Positions 18,419 to 27,390 of a stretch of 32,735 bases of DNA are shown in pieces (position 1 is the first letter of the stretch; every line of letters starts with the position of its first letter). The DNA is from Rhodobacterales bacterium. GTDB taxonomy: Bacteria; Pseudomonadota; Alphaproteobacteria; Rhodobacterales; Rhodobacteraceae. The stretch is taken from NCBI GenBank assembly GCA_043720555.1, contig JAYSSN010000248.1:1-32735 (forward strand), written 5' to 3'. The notes under the pieces were generated by a model, which did no database searches, was not told the origin of the DNA, and worked only from the letters and a program-made list of their open reading frames with translations. The position numbers and the translations under genes are program-made.

Positions 18419-18682
18419 TCAGGCGGCTTTGCGGGCGATCAACCCTTCGACGGCGGCGACAATGGCCCCGACGGACGTGATGTCGAATTCCGACGCGCCG
18501 GGTTCGTTGGCGTTGAAGGGCACAGAGATATCGAACGCCTCTTCGATCGCAAAGATCGATTCGACCAGTGCCAGGCTGTCGATCCCCAGATCGATGAGGC
18601 GTGACCCGAGCGTGACATCCGACACATCCAGCATCGCCTGTTCGGCGATGATCGCGATGACCTTGTCGCTGACGCTTTTCAT
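18419..18682 (-). CDS. Acyl carrier protein (dedicated, non-AcpP-like)
   Basis: 87 aa. Phosphopantetheine attachment motif LGIDSLALVE. Acidic helical protein. Confidence 0.85.
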   Translation of the reverse strand: MKSVSDKVIAIIAEQAMLDVSDVTLGSRLIDLGIDSLALVESIFAIEEAFDISVPFNANEPGASEFDITSVGAIVAAVEGLIARKAA

Positions 18683-18712
18683 ATCCGCCCCCGTCCCTGC
18701 CTGCTGCGGGAT

Positions 18713-19813
18713 TTAGTCACTGTCCTGTAACTTTGGAATGACCTTCTCGATCGCGGCCACCCGCGCGGCCAGTCGTGGCAGGCGGCGCAGGGCCTTTTGC
18801 ATCTCGACATGGGTTTCCATCTTCACCGCCGGATAGCCCAACAATACCCGACCTGCGGGCGCGTTGGTGAAAATCTTGGTCGCCCCGCCTGCAATCACGT
18901 CGTCGCCGACAAAGATGTTGTCATTGACTCCGCATTGCCCGCCCAACACCACCCGGTCACCGATCCGCGCTGATCCGGCGATCCCGACCTGTCCGCACAA
19001 CAGACAATCACGTCCGACCTGCACGTTGTGCCCAATGTGGACAAGGTTATCCATCTTCGTGCCGTCGCCAATCGCGGTGTCGCGGACCGTGCCGCGGTCG
19101 ATACAGACGTTCGCACCTATTTCCACGTCATTGCCAATGGTTACAGACCCAAGTGAATGTATTCTGGTCCAGCTTTGGTTGCGGATGTCGTGGCGCTGGC
19201 CCAGCGTTTCGCGAATCTGTTCGACGCCTGACTTTTCGGGCGTGACAAAAGAGAACCCATCCGCCCCGATCACCGCACCGGGCTGGCAGATGAAGCGGTC
19301 GCCGATCACCACCCGCGTGCCAATGCGCGCGCCCTGGCAGATCAGTGCATCGTCCCCGATCCGCGCGCCTTCGGCGATGCTGACATGACTTGCAATCCGC
19401 GCGCGCGCGCCGATCACCACGCCCGCGCCGATGGCGACAAACGGCCCGATGGCGGCACCGGACCCGATGTGCGCTGACGGATCGACCACGCTGTGCGTAT
19501 GCACGCCCGGCGCAATCGCGGGGCCAGGGTCCATCATCCGGGACAACCCGGCCATCGCCAGCCGCCCGCGTGGCGCAAAGATCGCGGCCTTCAGGCCAAG
19601 CGCCTGCCAGTCGGCCCCCGGCCACAGCAGCGCCACCTGTGCCTGGCCCTGCGCCAGCCCTTCGGCATAGGCCGGCGACATCGCCAGCGCCAGCGCATCG
19701 GCCCCCGCCATTGCAGGCTCTGCAGCCCGTGTCACGGTCAGATCAAGATCACCCGCAGCCTCGGCCCCGAGGGCGTCAGCAATGTCACGGACCGTATGGC
19801 GCATCGGCATCAC
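18713..19813 (-). CDS. LpxD-like UDP-3-O-acylglucosamine N-acyltransferase paralogue
   Basis: 366 aa. LpxD-like N-terminal domain, long left-handed beta-helix hexapeptide repeats, the catalytic-His context HIGHNVQVG, and a C-terminal helix. Carries an extra segment (TPEKSGVEQIRETLGQRHDIRNQSW) after GADGF that, as I recall it, E. coli LpxD lacks. Not in the usual bamA-lpxD-fabZ-lpxA context. Confidence 0.8.
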   Translation of the reverse strand: MMPMRHTVRDIADALGAEAAGDLDLTVTRAAEPAMAGADALALAMSPAYAEGLAQGQAQVALLWPGADWQALGLKAAIFAPRGRLAMAGLSRMMDPGPAIAPGVHTHSVVDPSAHIGSGAAIGPFVAIGAGVVIGARARIASHVSIAEGARIGDDALICQGARIGTRVVIGDRFICQPGAVIGADGFSFVTPEKSGVEQIRETLGQRHDIRNQSWTRIHSLGSVTIGNDVEIGANVCIDRGTVRDTAIGDGTKMDNLVHIGHNVQVGRDCLLCGQVGIAGSARIGDRVVLGGQCGVNDNIFVGDDVIAGGATKIFTNAPAGRVLLGYPAVKMETHVEMQKALRRLPRLAARVAAIEKVIPKLQDSD

Positions 19814-19831
19814 CTCATAGATGCCGCAGGA

Positions 19832-21457
19832 CTACCCCTGAACGCCCATCAATGCCACCCCGGCCACACCAAGCGCGGTCCAGATGTCGCCATCCCGCCC
19901 ATAGATATCGGCGCGATAGCCCATCTGCCCCTTGGTGCCCGGCCACGCGGTGAAATACACCAGATGCACCGGGATCGGCTGTTGCAGCCGCACAGTGGTT
20001 TCCACGTCCGAATTCAGGGCGCGACTGAATGCGCCTTGCGGATCGTCCGTCTGTGCGGCCAGCAGCGTGTAGGCAAAATCAAAAGGCGATGCCAGCCGGA
20101 TGCAACCATGGCTGTAGGCGCGCACTTCCTGGCTGAACAGATCCTTGGAAGGGGTGTCATGCAGGTAGATGTTGTATTCATTGGGAAACATGAATTTCAC
20201 TTTGCCCAATGCGTTGCCGTCCGACGGTGCCTGACGCAAGGCGAATGGAAACGTGCGGGCTGAATAGGCGGCAAAGTTCACCGCCCCGCGCGGCACGACA
20301 CGACCATTGCGGTCGATCACATTCAGATGCCCCACGGCATTCGGGTTGCGCTGCAGAAGCGGCAGATATTCCTTGACCGTGATCGACCTTGGCACCGACC
20401 ATGACGGGTTGACCACCATGTATTCCATCATGTCCGAAAACTCGGGGGTGTAGCGGTCGGCCTCGTCCTTGCCGATCACGGCGCGGGTGCTGAACGTGAC
20501 ACGGCCATGGTCGATGATCTTGGCCGTGAAATCCGGCAGGTTCACCCAGACATGGCGGGCGCCCCGTGGCGTGTCGCCAATCCAGCGCAACCGTTCCAGC
20601 GCTACAAGTACCGACTGCATGCGCATCTGCGGCCCGACGTTGACGGCGGCAATCGTGCTTGGCCCCGCGACGCCATCCGCCAGCAGGCCGTGGTTCAGCT
20701 GAAACCGTTGCACCGCGCGGGTGATGTCGTCATCGTAGACCGCCGACACCGAACGGCGCAGGTAGCCCATCATCATCAGACGGTCGCGCAGCGCCACCAC
20801 GGCGGCCCCGGTATCGTCCGGTCCAAGCTTTTCGGCCGCAACCGGTTCACCCCAGCCACCCGCCGCGATCAGCGCCTGCAACCGGATGCGTTCGCGCATC
20901 AGCTGCGCATACTCCGGGGTCTGCGGTGCCAGATCGCGCAAGAAACGTTCGGGCGCCGGGGCGGCAAGAAATGCCTCGAGCATCGCAACGGCATCAAACT
21001 CTGCGCGCGCAATCACGATGGTCGCGTCGATGGATCGCGGCGAAATGACACCCATCGTCATGTCATGCATGTAGTCGGTCAGGGCGCGCGTCATCTGCAC
21101 GTCAACCCGGCCCCGGTCACCTTCGGTTTGCGCCGCACGGAACGCTTGCGCCAACACCGCGGGGTCATATGACGCCGCGGGCAATCCATGGTCTCCCGCA
21201 CCCGCCAGCACGCTGAGCAACGCCTGCCTGCGCGCGGCGTCGCCTGCCCCCGTCCAGATCGGAGCATAGTCGCGTGCCGCATAGATCGCAGCGATATCGT
21301 CGGATTGCGCTGCGGTCATTGCGACAGACTGACTGAACGGACTGATCTGCGCCGCAGCCGGACCGGCTGCAAAACCACTCATCAGCGCCAACAAGGCCGC
21401 AGACAGGATGAAGGCCGCGCCACGCGCTTTGCCCGAAGGGGCCATAAAGACAGTCAT
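19832..21457 (-). CDS. L,D-transpeptidase with peptidoglycan-binding domain (YcbB/LdtD-like)
   Basis: Signal peptide (AFILSAALLALMSGFAAGPAAAQ). PG_binding_1-like VQRFQLNHGLLADGVAGPSTIAAV. YkuD catalytic motif YLHDTPSKDLFSQEVRAYSHGCIRL. Confidence 0.85.
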   Translation of the reverse strand: MTVFMAPSGKARGAAFILSAALLALMSGFAAGPAAAQISPFSQSVAMTAAQSDDIAAIYAARDYAPIWTGAGDAARRQALLSVLAGAGDHGLPAASYDPAVLAQAFRAAQTEGDRGRVDVQMTRALTDYMHDMTMGVISPRSIDATIVIARAEFDAVAMLEAFLAAPAPERFLRDLAPQTPEYAQLMRERIRLQALIAAGGWGEPVAAEKLGPDDTGAAVVALRDRLMMMGYLRRSVSAVYDDDITRAVQRFQLNHGLLADGVAGPSTIAAVNVGPQMRMQSVLVALERLRWIGDTPRGARHVWVNLPDFTAKIIDHGRVTFSTRAVIGKDEADRYTPEFSDMMEYMVVNPSWSVPRSITVKEYLPLLQRNPNAVGHLNVIDRNGRVVPRGAVNFAAYSARTFPFALRQAPSDGNALGKVKFMFPNEYNIYLHDTPSKDLFSQEVRAYSHGCIRLASPFDFAYTLLAAQTDDPQGAFSRALNSDVETTVRLQQPIPVHLVYFTAWPGTKGQMGYRADIYGRDGDIWTALGVAGVALMGVQG

Positions 21458-21814
21458 CAGAACCTCAGATCGTAAAGCAATTGCATGCGATCACTACATT
21501 TTGGTCAATTCCCGCCCATTGTCCATGACCATCCCGCACAGACCCCGCTGCTTGCGTTGATGTCACGCAGAATTGTGGCCCTCGGGGCACCATTTCTGTC
21601 GCCCGGGGGCACATGACCCGCGCGTTTTTCTGCAAAGACCCGCGCACCATTCAGCAAAAATTTGCCTATTGGGCCATTCATGGATTTTGCCGGGCAATCT
21701 TTACTTGGGCTTCGAATCCTCTTGTGCCATAACAAACGGGCACTTTGGGGATGAAGTGGCAAACAGCCGTCGGCACAGGCGGTAGAAGACCAACGAACGG
21801 GACAGGCACGTACA

Positions 21815-22384
21815 ATGACAACTGAAACCAAGACTGGCATCTCGCGGCGTGGTCTGCTGGGTGCCTTCGCGACGACCATGCTCGTTGCTGCTCCGACATA
21901 TTCCAGTGCGTTCGGTTTGTTGCGCGGCGCAGGCGATATCCGCCGCATCCGCATGTATTCAGGCCGAACGGGTGAAAGTGTCGACACGATCTACTGGCTG
22001 GAGGGTGAGTATATTCCCGAAGCCATGAAGGAAATCAATCACTTCATGCGTGACTGGCGGTCCGGCGATACTGTCAAGATGGACGGCCGCACTGTCGATA
22101 TCATGGCCGCCTCGCATCGGCTGATGGACGTGTCAGAGCCCTATGTCCTGCTGTCAGGCTATCGCAGCCCCGCAACCAACGCCATGCTGCGGTCGCAGTC
22201 CGGCGGTGTCGCCCGCAACTCGCTGCACATGCGCGGACAGGCGGCGGACCTGCGGCTTGAATCGCGCTCGGTCGGCCAGATGGCGCGCGCTGCGGCCAGT
22301 TGTGCGGCGGGTGGCGTCGGACGCTATTCGCGGTCCAACTTCGTGCATATGGATTGCGGACCCGTCCGCAGCTGGGGCGGCTAA
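21815..22384 (+). CDS. DUF882 / peptidase M15A family protein (YcbK/MepK-like), Tat-exported
   Basis: Twin-arginine signal ISRRGLLGAF. Zn-ligand context SLHMRGQAADL ... SNFVHMD. Size and layout match the YcbK family. Confidence 0.85.
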   Translation: MTTETKTGISRRGLLGAFATTMLVAAPTYSSAFGLLRGAGDIRRIRMYSGRTGESVDTIYWLEGEYIPEAMKEINHFMRDWRSGDTVKMDGRTVDIMAASHRLMDVSEPYVLLSGYRSPATNAMLRSQSGGVARNSLHMRGQAADLRLESRSVGQMARAAASCAAGGVGRYSRSNFVHMDCGPVRSWGG

Positions 22385-22417
22385 ACCTGACACGGGTCTG
22401 GCGACTGTTCGTTTGGC

Positions 22418-22446
22418 GGGGCACCCACGCGGTGCCCTTTGTCTTG
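22418..22446 (+). terminator. Probable intrinsic terminator after the DUF882 gene
   Basis: gggcacc-cacgc-ggtgccc followed by tttgtcttg. Confidence 0.55.
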
Positions 22447-22457
22447 CGCCAGATCGG

Positions 22458-23195
22458 TCAGTCCTGCGCCATCGCATCCCGGCCGCGAAACCCCATGGCA
22501 ACCACGAATTTTTCAGAACTGTCCGCACGGCTGGCCGAAGGTTTTACGTTCGCGACCTTGCGGAAGTTGCGCTTCAGAATGGTCTGAAGCTCATTCTCGG
22601 CGCCGCCTGCCAGCACCTTGGCCACAAATGTGCCGCCCTCTTCCAGAACATCGAATGCAAATTCCGCAGCCGCCTCGCAAAGCGCGATGATGCGCAAGTG
22701 ATCGGTGCCCTTGTGGCCGGATGCCGCCGCCGCCATGTCCGACATCACCACATCCGCAGACCCGCCGAGCCAGCCCTTGACCAGCGCATCCGCCTCATCC
22801 GCCAGAAAGTCCAGCACATGGATATCGGCGCCTGCAATCGGCTCTACCTCTTGAATGTCCACCCCCAGCACGGTGCCTGCAGGCTTGCCCGCACGTTCGC
22901 CCAGGGCGTTGACCCGTGCCACAGCGACCTGACACCACCCACCGGGTGCACAGCCAAGGTCCACCACCCGCGCACCGGGCTTCAGGAACCCGAACTTGTC
23001 GTCCAGCTCTGAAATCTTGTACGCCGCCCGCCCCCGGTAACCTTCCTTCTTGGCGCGGATCACGTATGGGTCATTCAACTGCCGCTCCAGCCACAGGGTG
23101 GACGACAGCTTGCGTCCCTTGGCGGTTTTGACACGTACCCGCAGCTCGCGTTGACCCCGGCCCGATGTCGCCTTTTCGGCTGGTGGTTTTGTCAT
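22458..23195 (-). CDS. rlmE: 23S rRNA (uridine2552-2'-O)-methyltransferase RlmE/FtsJ
   Basis: From the Met at 23195 (MTKPPAEK...). [24 protein letters not shown] and the SAM-binding [11 protein letters not shown]. The start overlaps the upstream ppx stop (ATGA). The longer track ORF is rejected. Confidence 0.9.
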   Translation of the reverse strand: MTKPPAEKATSGRGQRELRVRVKTAKGRKLSSTLWLERQLNDPYVIRAKKEGYRGRAAYKISELDDKFGFLKPGARVVDLGCAPGGWCQVAVARVNALGERAGKPAGTVLGVDIQEVEPIAGADIHVLDFLADEADALVKGWLGGSADVVMSDMAAAASGHKGTDHLRIIALCEAAAEFAFDVLEEGGTFVAKVLAGGAENELQTILKRNFRKVANVKPSASRADSSEKFVVAMGFRGRDAMAQD

Positions 23196-24304
23196 GCATA
23201 AGGCCCTTCTGTCAGCACGCCGTCCGCGCTCATCTGCGCGTAAAGCAGCCCTTCCCGCAGCCCGCGGTCCGCAACCGAAAGCCTGTCGGTGGGCCATACC
23301 CGCATCAGCGCCTGAAGGATAGCCGCCCCTGACATAATCAGCGAATGCCGGTCGCGGCCGATCCGCGGGTCGCTGCGTCGGCCTTCGGGGCCAAGCGCCA
23401 GATATTCGCGGATCACGAAATCAATCTGATCCGACGTCATCTCCAATCCGTCCACCTTTGCCCGGTCATAGCGTTTCAGGCCAAGAAAACTGGCCGCCAC
23501 CGTCGTCACCGTGCCGCTTGTACCGATGATCTGAAACCCGGCCCGCGGGTTTTGCGCATTGTAGGGTGAAAAGCTGGCGAGGTTCTCCTCGAAAAACCAG
23601 CTCATCAACGCAAAGCGCGCGCTGTCATCCTCGACGTCGACAAACTGATCCTTCAGCGTCGCCACCCCGAGCGGCACCGAGATCCAGTCTACCACGCGCG
23701 CACCATCCTCGCCGTGGAACCCGCGGTGCAGCCGCATGATGGCGCGTGCCCGGTGTTCGGGGGCGACGGATGACAGATCAATCCACACCAGTTCGGTCGA
23801 CCCGCCGCCAATATCGACCACCAGCAACTGCTCGGTGCGCGGGCTGACCAGCGGCGCGCAGGAAATCACTGCAAGGCGTGCCTCCTCCTCGGGCTGGATG
23901 ATTTCCAGCGACAGGCCCGTTTCGCGCCGGACCTGCCGGATAAAGTCCTTGGCGTTCTTGGCGCGACGGCACGCCTCGGTCGCCACGAGCCGCATCCGCA
24001 CGATGCCGTGCTTTTCGATCTTTTTCTGGCACACGCGCAGTGCCTGGATTGTCCGGCCCATCGACGCGCGAGACAGCCGCCCGGACGCCTCCAGCCCGAC
24101 ACCCAGCTGGACCGTTTTGGAAAAGCTGTCCACGACATCAAACTGACTGCCACGCGGTCGGGCAATCAGCATGCGGCAACTGTTCGTGCCGAGGTCAAGC
24201 GCGGCATAAAGCTGCGCCGACGGTTCTGCTTGGGGTGCGGACGGTTCAACCGAAGGCAGCACTTCCGGGATCGCGTCCTCACCCCTGGGACGCTCGGGCG
24301 TCAT
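23192..24304 (-). CDS. Ppx/GppA-family phosphatase (exopolyphosphatase-like)
   Basis: ASKHA motifs [14 protein letters not shown] and [13 protein letters not shown] chose the start at 24304 (MTPERPRGE...) because GGAGGG lies about 8 nt upstream on the minus strand. The track ORF extends to 24439. Confidence 0.85.
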   Translation of the reverse strand: MTPERPRGEDAIPEVLPSVEPSAPQAEPSAQLYAALDLGTNSCRMLIARPRGSQFDVVDSFSKTVQLGVGLEASGRLSRASMGRTIQALRVCQKKIEKHGIVRMRLVATEACRRAKNAKDFIRQVRRETGLSLEIIQPEEEARLAVISCAPLVSPRTEQLLVVDIGGGSTELVWIDLSSVAPEHRARAIMRLHRGFHGEDGARVVDWISVPLGVATLKDQFVDVEDDSARFALMSWFFEENLASFSPYNAQNPRAGFQIIGTSGTVTTVAASFLGLKRYDRAKVDGLEMTSDQIDFVIREYLALGPEGRRSDPRIGRDRHSLIMSGAAILQALMRVWPTDRLSVADRGLREGLLYAQMSADGVLTEGPYA

Positions 24305-24551
24305 TGTGCGCCCTCCAACTATGGTTACCCCAAAGGTAGTCCGACAGGGCCGGTGGTGCAAGCGCCCGCCCGTCATGTTCTGCATGAGAATTTTTCCAAT
24401 TTCGCCCGGTTGCGCTGCTTGTGCAATCGCGGCATTCACATCCAGCCATCAGGCGGTCGCTTCACGCAGGGAATATGTCGAAATCCGACAGAGTTTGTCG
24501 GATACGCAAGCCTAAATGAGGCCACGGTCGGTACAACAGGGAATCATCGCA

Positions 24552-24848
24552 ATGCCAGAGGTTACAGTTGTCTATTGGCGTGACATCCCCGCACAGGTGA
24601 TTGTGGGCAAGGGGCGGCGCGGATCGAAAGTCCAGCTTTCCGAACGCTTTGAACAGGCGATTGATCGCTGCGCCATGAAGATCGGCGCAAAAGATGCCGA
24701 TGCCTACCTGGCCGAATGGCGCAAGGCCCCCCCTTACGAGGCGCAAGGCGATCAAGACGCGCTGGCCGCCTCCACTGCCGCAGAGATGGAAACCACCTTT
24801 GACACCGCCCGCCTGAAGCAACTGATCGACAACGAAGGGTGGGCATGA
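24552..24848 (+). CDS. Small 'virulence factor'-domain family protein (function unknown)
   Basis: The N-terminus MPEVTVVYWRDIPAQVIV matches my recollection of the small family annotated 'virulence factor' next to metF-like genes in Rhodobacterales. The start at 24552 is preferred because of AGGGA upstream. Its stop overlaps the next start (ATGA). Confidence 0.65.
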   Translation: MPEVTVVYWRDIPAQVIVGKGRRGSKVQLSERFEQAIDRCAMKIGAKDADAYLAEWRKAPPYEAQGDQDALAASTAAEMETTFDTARLKQLIDNEGWA

Positions 24849-25768
24849 TGGCCTTGTTCAATTTCAGGCGCGACACGGTGGCCCAAAGCCCGGTTGAGGT
24901 TGAGGCGTTTGTCAAAGGCTTCTCTATCGAAGTGATGCCGCGCACCGCCGAAAAGGTGGACAGTTTTCGCGACATCCTGCCCAAGGGCACCCGCGTCTAC
25001 ATCGCCCATATCGAGGGCACGCCGATCGGGGACATGGTCGCCACCGCGCGCCGCCTGAACGGCGAAGGCTACCCCGTGATGCCGCACTTCCCCGCACGCA
25101 TCATCCCGGATCGCGCCACCCTCGCCGACTGGATCGCCCGGTATCAGGGCGAGGCGGATGTGAAACAGGCGCTGCTGCTGGGGGGCGGGGTGAATTCACC
25201 CGCAGGCGACTTCGATGCCTCCATGCAACTGATCGAAACCGGGCTGTTTGACAGCTTTGACCGCCTGCACGTCGCAGGCCACCCCGAAGGCAACCGCGAC
25301 ATCGACAAGGATGGTGGTGATGCCATCATCATGCAGGCACTGAAGTGGAAGCAGGCGTTTTCCGAACGCTCGGATGCAAAAATGGCCATCGCGACCCAGT
25401 TCTGCTTTGAGGCAGACCCCGTGATCGCGTGGGTCAACCGGCTGGCGGCCGAAGGCATCACCCTGCCGGTCCATATCGGCATTGCGGGCCCCGCCAAGCT
25501 TCAAACCCTGATAAAATTCGCCATCGCCTGTGGCGTCGGCCCCTCGCTGCGCGTGCTGCAAAAGCGCGCGATGGATGTCACCAAACTGCTGTTGCCGTAT
25601 GAGCCGACCGATGTCGTCGCGGCCCTTGCCGCCCACAAGGCTGCTCACCCCGGTTTCGGCATCGAAAGCGTTCACTTCTTCCCCCTTGGCGGCATCAAGA
25701 CGAACGCAGCCTGGGTCACCGATCACGGCGGCGCCTCTGGCGTGCCCGCAATTCATGCAAAGGTTTAA
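24845..25768 (+). CDS. metF: Methylenetetrahydrofolate reductase (MetF-like)
   Basis: About 307 aa TIM-barrel-type protein with MetF-family features (FSIEVMPRTAEK..., YIAHIEG, HVAGHPEG). Sits in a one-carbon gene context. The ATG at 24845 is coupled to the upstream stop. Confidence 0.75.
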   Translation: MMALFNFRRDTVAQSPVEVEAFVKGFSIEVMPRTAEKVDSFRDILPKGTRVYIAHIEGTPIGDMVATARRLNGEGYPVMPHFPARIIPDRATLADWIARYQGEADVKQALLLGGGVNSPAGDFDASMQLIETGLFDSFDRLHVAGHPEGNRDIDKDGGDAIIMQALKWKQAFSERSDAKMAIATQFCFEADPVIAWVNRLAAEGITLPVHIGIAGPAKLQTLIKFAIACGVGPSLRVLQKRAMDVTKLLLPYEPTDVVAALAAHKAAHPGFGIESVHFFPLGGIKTNAAWVTDHGGASGVPAIHAKV

Positions 25769-25770
25769 GA

Positions 25771-26751
25771 ATGACGCGTACAGTTATTGAATCCAAAACA
25801 AAAACGGTCGTCATCGGTTTTGACGAACCCTTCTGCGTGATCGGTGAGCGCATCAACCCGACAGGCCGCAAGAAACTGGCAGCAGAACTTGAGGCGGGCG
25901 ATTTCAGCACCGTTGAACGTGACGCGCTGGAACAGGTCGCGTGTGGTGCCATGGTACTCGACGTGAACTCCGGGGCCGTCTTTACCAACAAGATGGCGTC
26001 CGACCCCCGCTATGCCGACAACAACTTTGTCGAGCCGCCCCTGATGCGCGAACTGATCCTGCGCATCCAGGCGATCGTGGATGTGCCCTTGTGCATCGAC
26101 AGCTCTGTCCCCGGCGCGCTGGAGGCGGGCTTGCAGAGTTGCGAAGGCCGCCCCCTGCTGAACTCGGTAACCGGCGAGGAAGAGCGTCTGGAACTGGTCC
26201 TGCCGCTGGTCAAGAAATACAATGTGCCAGTCGTGGCCATCTCGAACGACGACACGGGCATCAGTCAGGACCCCGACGTGCGCTTCGCCGTGGCGAGGAA
26301 GATCGTCCAGCGCGCTGCCGATTTTGGCATCCCCGCGCACGACATCGTGGTCGATCCGCTGGTGATGCCGATCGGGGCCATGGCCACGGCTGGCCATCAG
26401 GTGTTCACCCTCGTCCGTCGCCTGCGCGAAGAACTCGGCGTGAACACCACCTGCGGCGCATCCAACATCAGCTTCGGTCTGCCACATCGCCACGGCATCA
26501 ACGCGGCTTTCCTGCCGATGGCCATCGGCGCAGGGATGACAAGCGCGATCATGAACCCGGTACGGCTGGTTGAAATGGAAGCGATCCGCGCCGCAAACTT
26601 CTTGAACAATCAGGATCCCAACGGTGGCGAATGGATCCGGTTTGCCAAAGTGCTGGAAGCGGTCGAAGCCGGCATGACCTTTGCCGAGGCGAGCGCTGCG
26701 GCATCAACGGCGACATCAGGCCGACGCGGTGGACGGCGCGCCCGGGGATGA
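25771..26751 (+). CDS. Methyltetrahydrofolate:corrinoid methyltransferase (pterin-binding, DHPS-like; stand-alone MetH pterin module / AcsE-like)
   Basis: 326 aa. IGERINPTGRKK, LDVN, PLCIDSS, LLNSVTGEE, VVDPLV and GASNISFGLP are the hallmarks of the MetH/MeTr pterin-binding barrel. Confidence 0.85.
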   Translation: MTRTVIESKTKTVVIGFDEPFCVIGERINPTGRKKLAAELEAGDFSTVERDALEQVACGAMVLDVNSGAVFTNKMASDPRYADNNFVEPPLMRELILRIQAIVDVPLCIDSSVPGALEAGLQSCEGRPLLNSVTGEEERLELVLPLVKKYNVPVVAISNDDTGISQDPDVRFAVARKIVQRAADFGIPAHDIVVDPLVMPIGAMATAGHQVFTLVRRLREELGVNTTCGASNISFGLPHRHGINAAFLPMAIGAGMTSAIMNPVRLVEMEAIRAANFLNNQDPNGGEWIRFAKVLEAVEAGMTFAEASAAASTATSGRRGGRRARG

Positions 26752-27122
26752 AGGCCTTCGCAGCGGACAGCGCCGGCCCGTTGCCCGACGGCTGGTCTGA
26801 TCCTGCCAGCGGAGCGATCCGCTGGCGCATGCTTGTGTCGCAAGGGCTGACAGACAGCGACAGCTTGGTTGCGGGGGTGGCGGAGCTTGCACCTGGCGAC
26901 CATTTCGCCGCCCACCACCATGCACAGGCCGAGATCTACTTCGGTGTGCAAGGCACGGGCACGGTTCTGATCGACGGCACCCCGCACAATCTGGCACCTG
27001 GCGTCCTGCTGTTCATTCCGGGTGGTGCGGTACACAGCGTACCCCCGGTAACGCAACATTTGCGTTATTTCTACGTGTTCGCGGCTGACCGGTTTGACGA
27101 CATCGTTTATCACTTTGCTTAA
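26748..27122 (+). CDS. Cupin domain protein
   Basis: The ATG at 26748 overlaps the upstream stop (ATGA). Two-motif cupin signature: GDHFAAHHHAQAEIYFGVQG and PGGAVHSV. Confidence 0.75.
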   Translation: MKAFAADSAGPLPDGWSDPASGAIRWRMLVSQGLTDSDSLVAGVAELAPGDHFAAHHHAQAEIYFGVQGTGTVLIDGTPHNLAPGVLLFIPGGAVHSVPPVTQHLRYFYVFAADRFDDIVYHFA

Positions 27123-27157
27123 CGCCCCATTAACCGCTGTTGACCAAGTGTCTGGGG

Positions 27158-27382
27158 ATGCAGACACGGATCACCACGCCCGACACCTGGATTGCCGAGG
27201 TTTTCGCGGCAAAGGCCGTCGTGAACGGCGGTGTGATCCGTCGCAACCGTCACTGGGTCGAGAACGAGATCGGGCGCGACAGGTTTTTTGCCGAGGTGCG
27301 GGCTCGCGGTTTTCACCTGGTTGAAACCGGACATCAGCTGATCGTGGTATGCCACACCGGGGCAATCTGCCTGCATTTCTGA
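27158..27382 (+). CDS. Small conserved-looking hypothetical protein (74 aa)
   Basis: The ORF is open from a TTG at 27140. The first ATG, at 27158, gives MQTRITTPDTWIAEVF... Codon bias looks coding-like. No motif recognised. Confidence 0.45.
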   Translation: MQTRITTPDTWIAEVFAAKAVVNGGVIRRNRHWVENEIGRDRFFAEVRARGFHLVETGHQLIVVCHTGAICLHF

Positions 27383-27390
27383 CGGCACCC

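Noticed and set aside
24305-24551. Possible cobalamin or SAM (SAM-II, SAM/SAH) riboswitch upstream of the one-carbon cluster. The stretch agggaatatgtcgaaatccgacag superficially resembles the GGGAA...AAATCC core of B12 elements.
   Set aside because: No B12 box (GCCACTG-like), and no downstream CCCGC...GTAA segment or matching helices. No SAM-II AAAGCU-type pseudoknot elements could be found by eye either. Only an Infernal scan could settle this.
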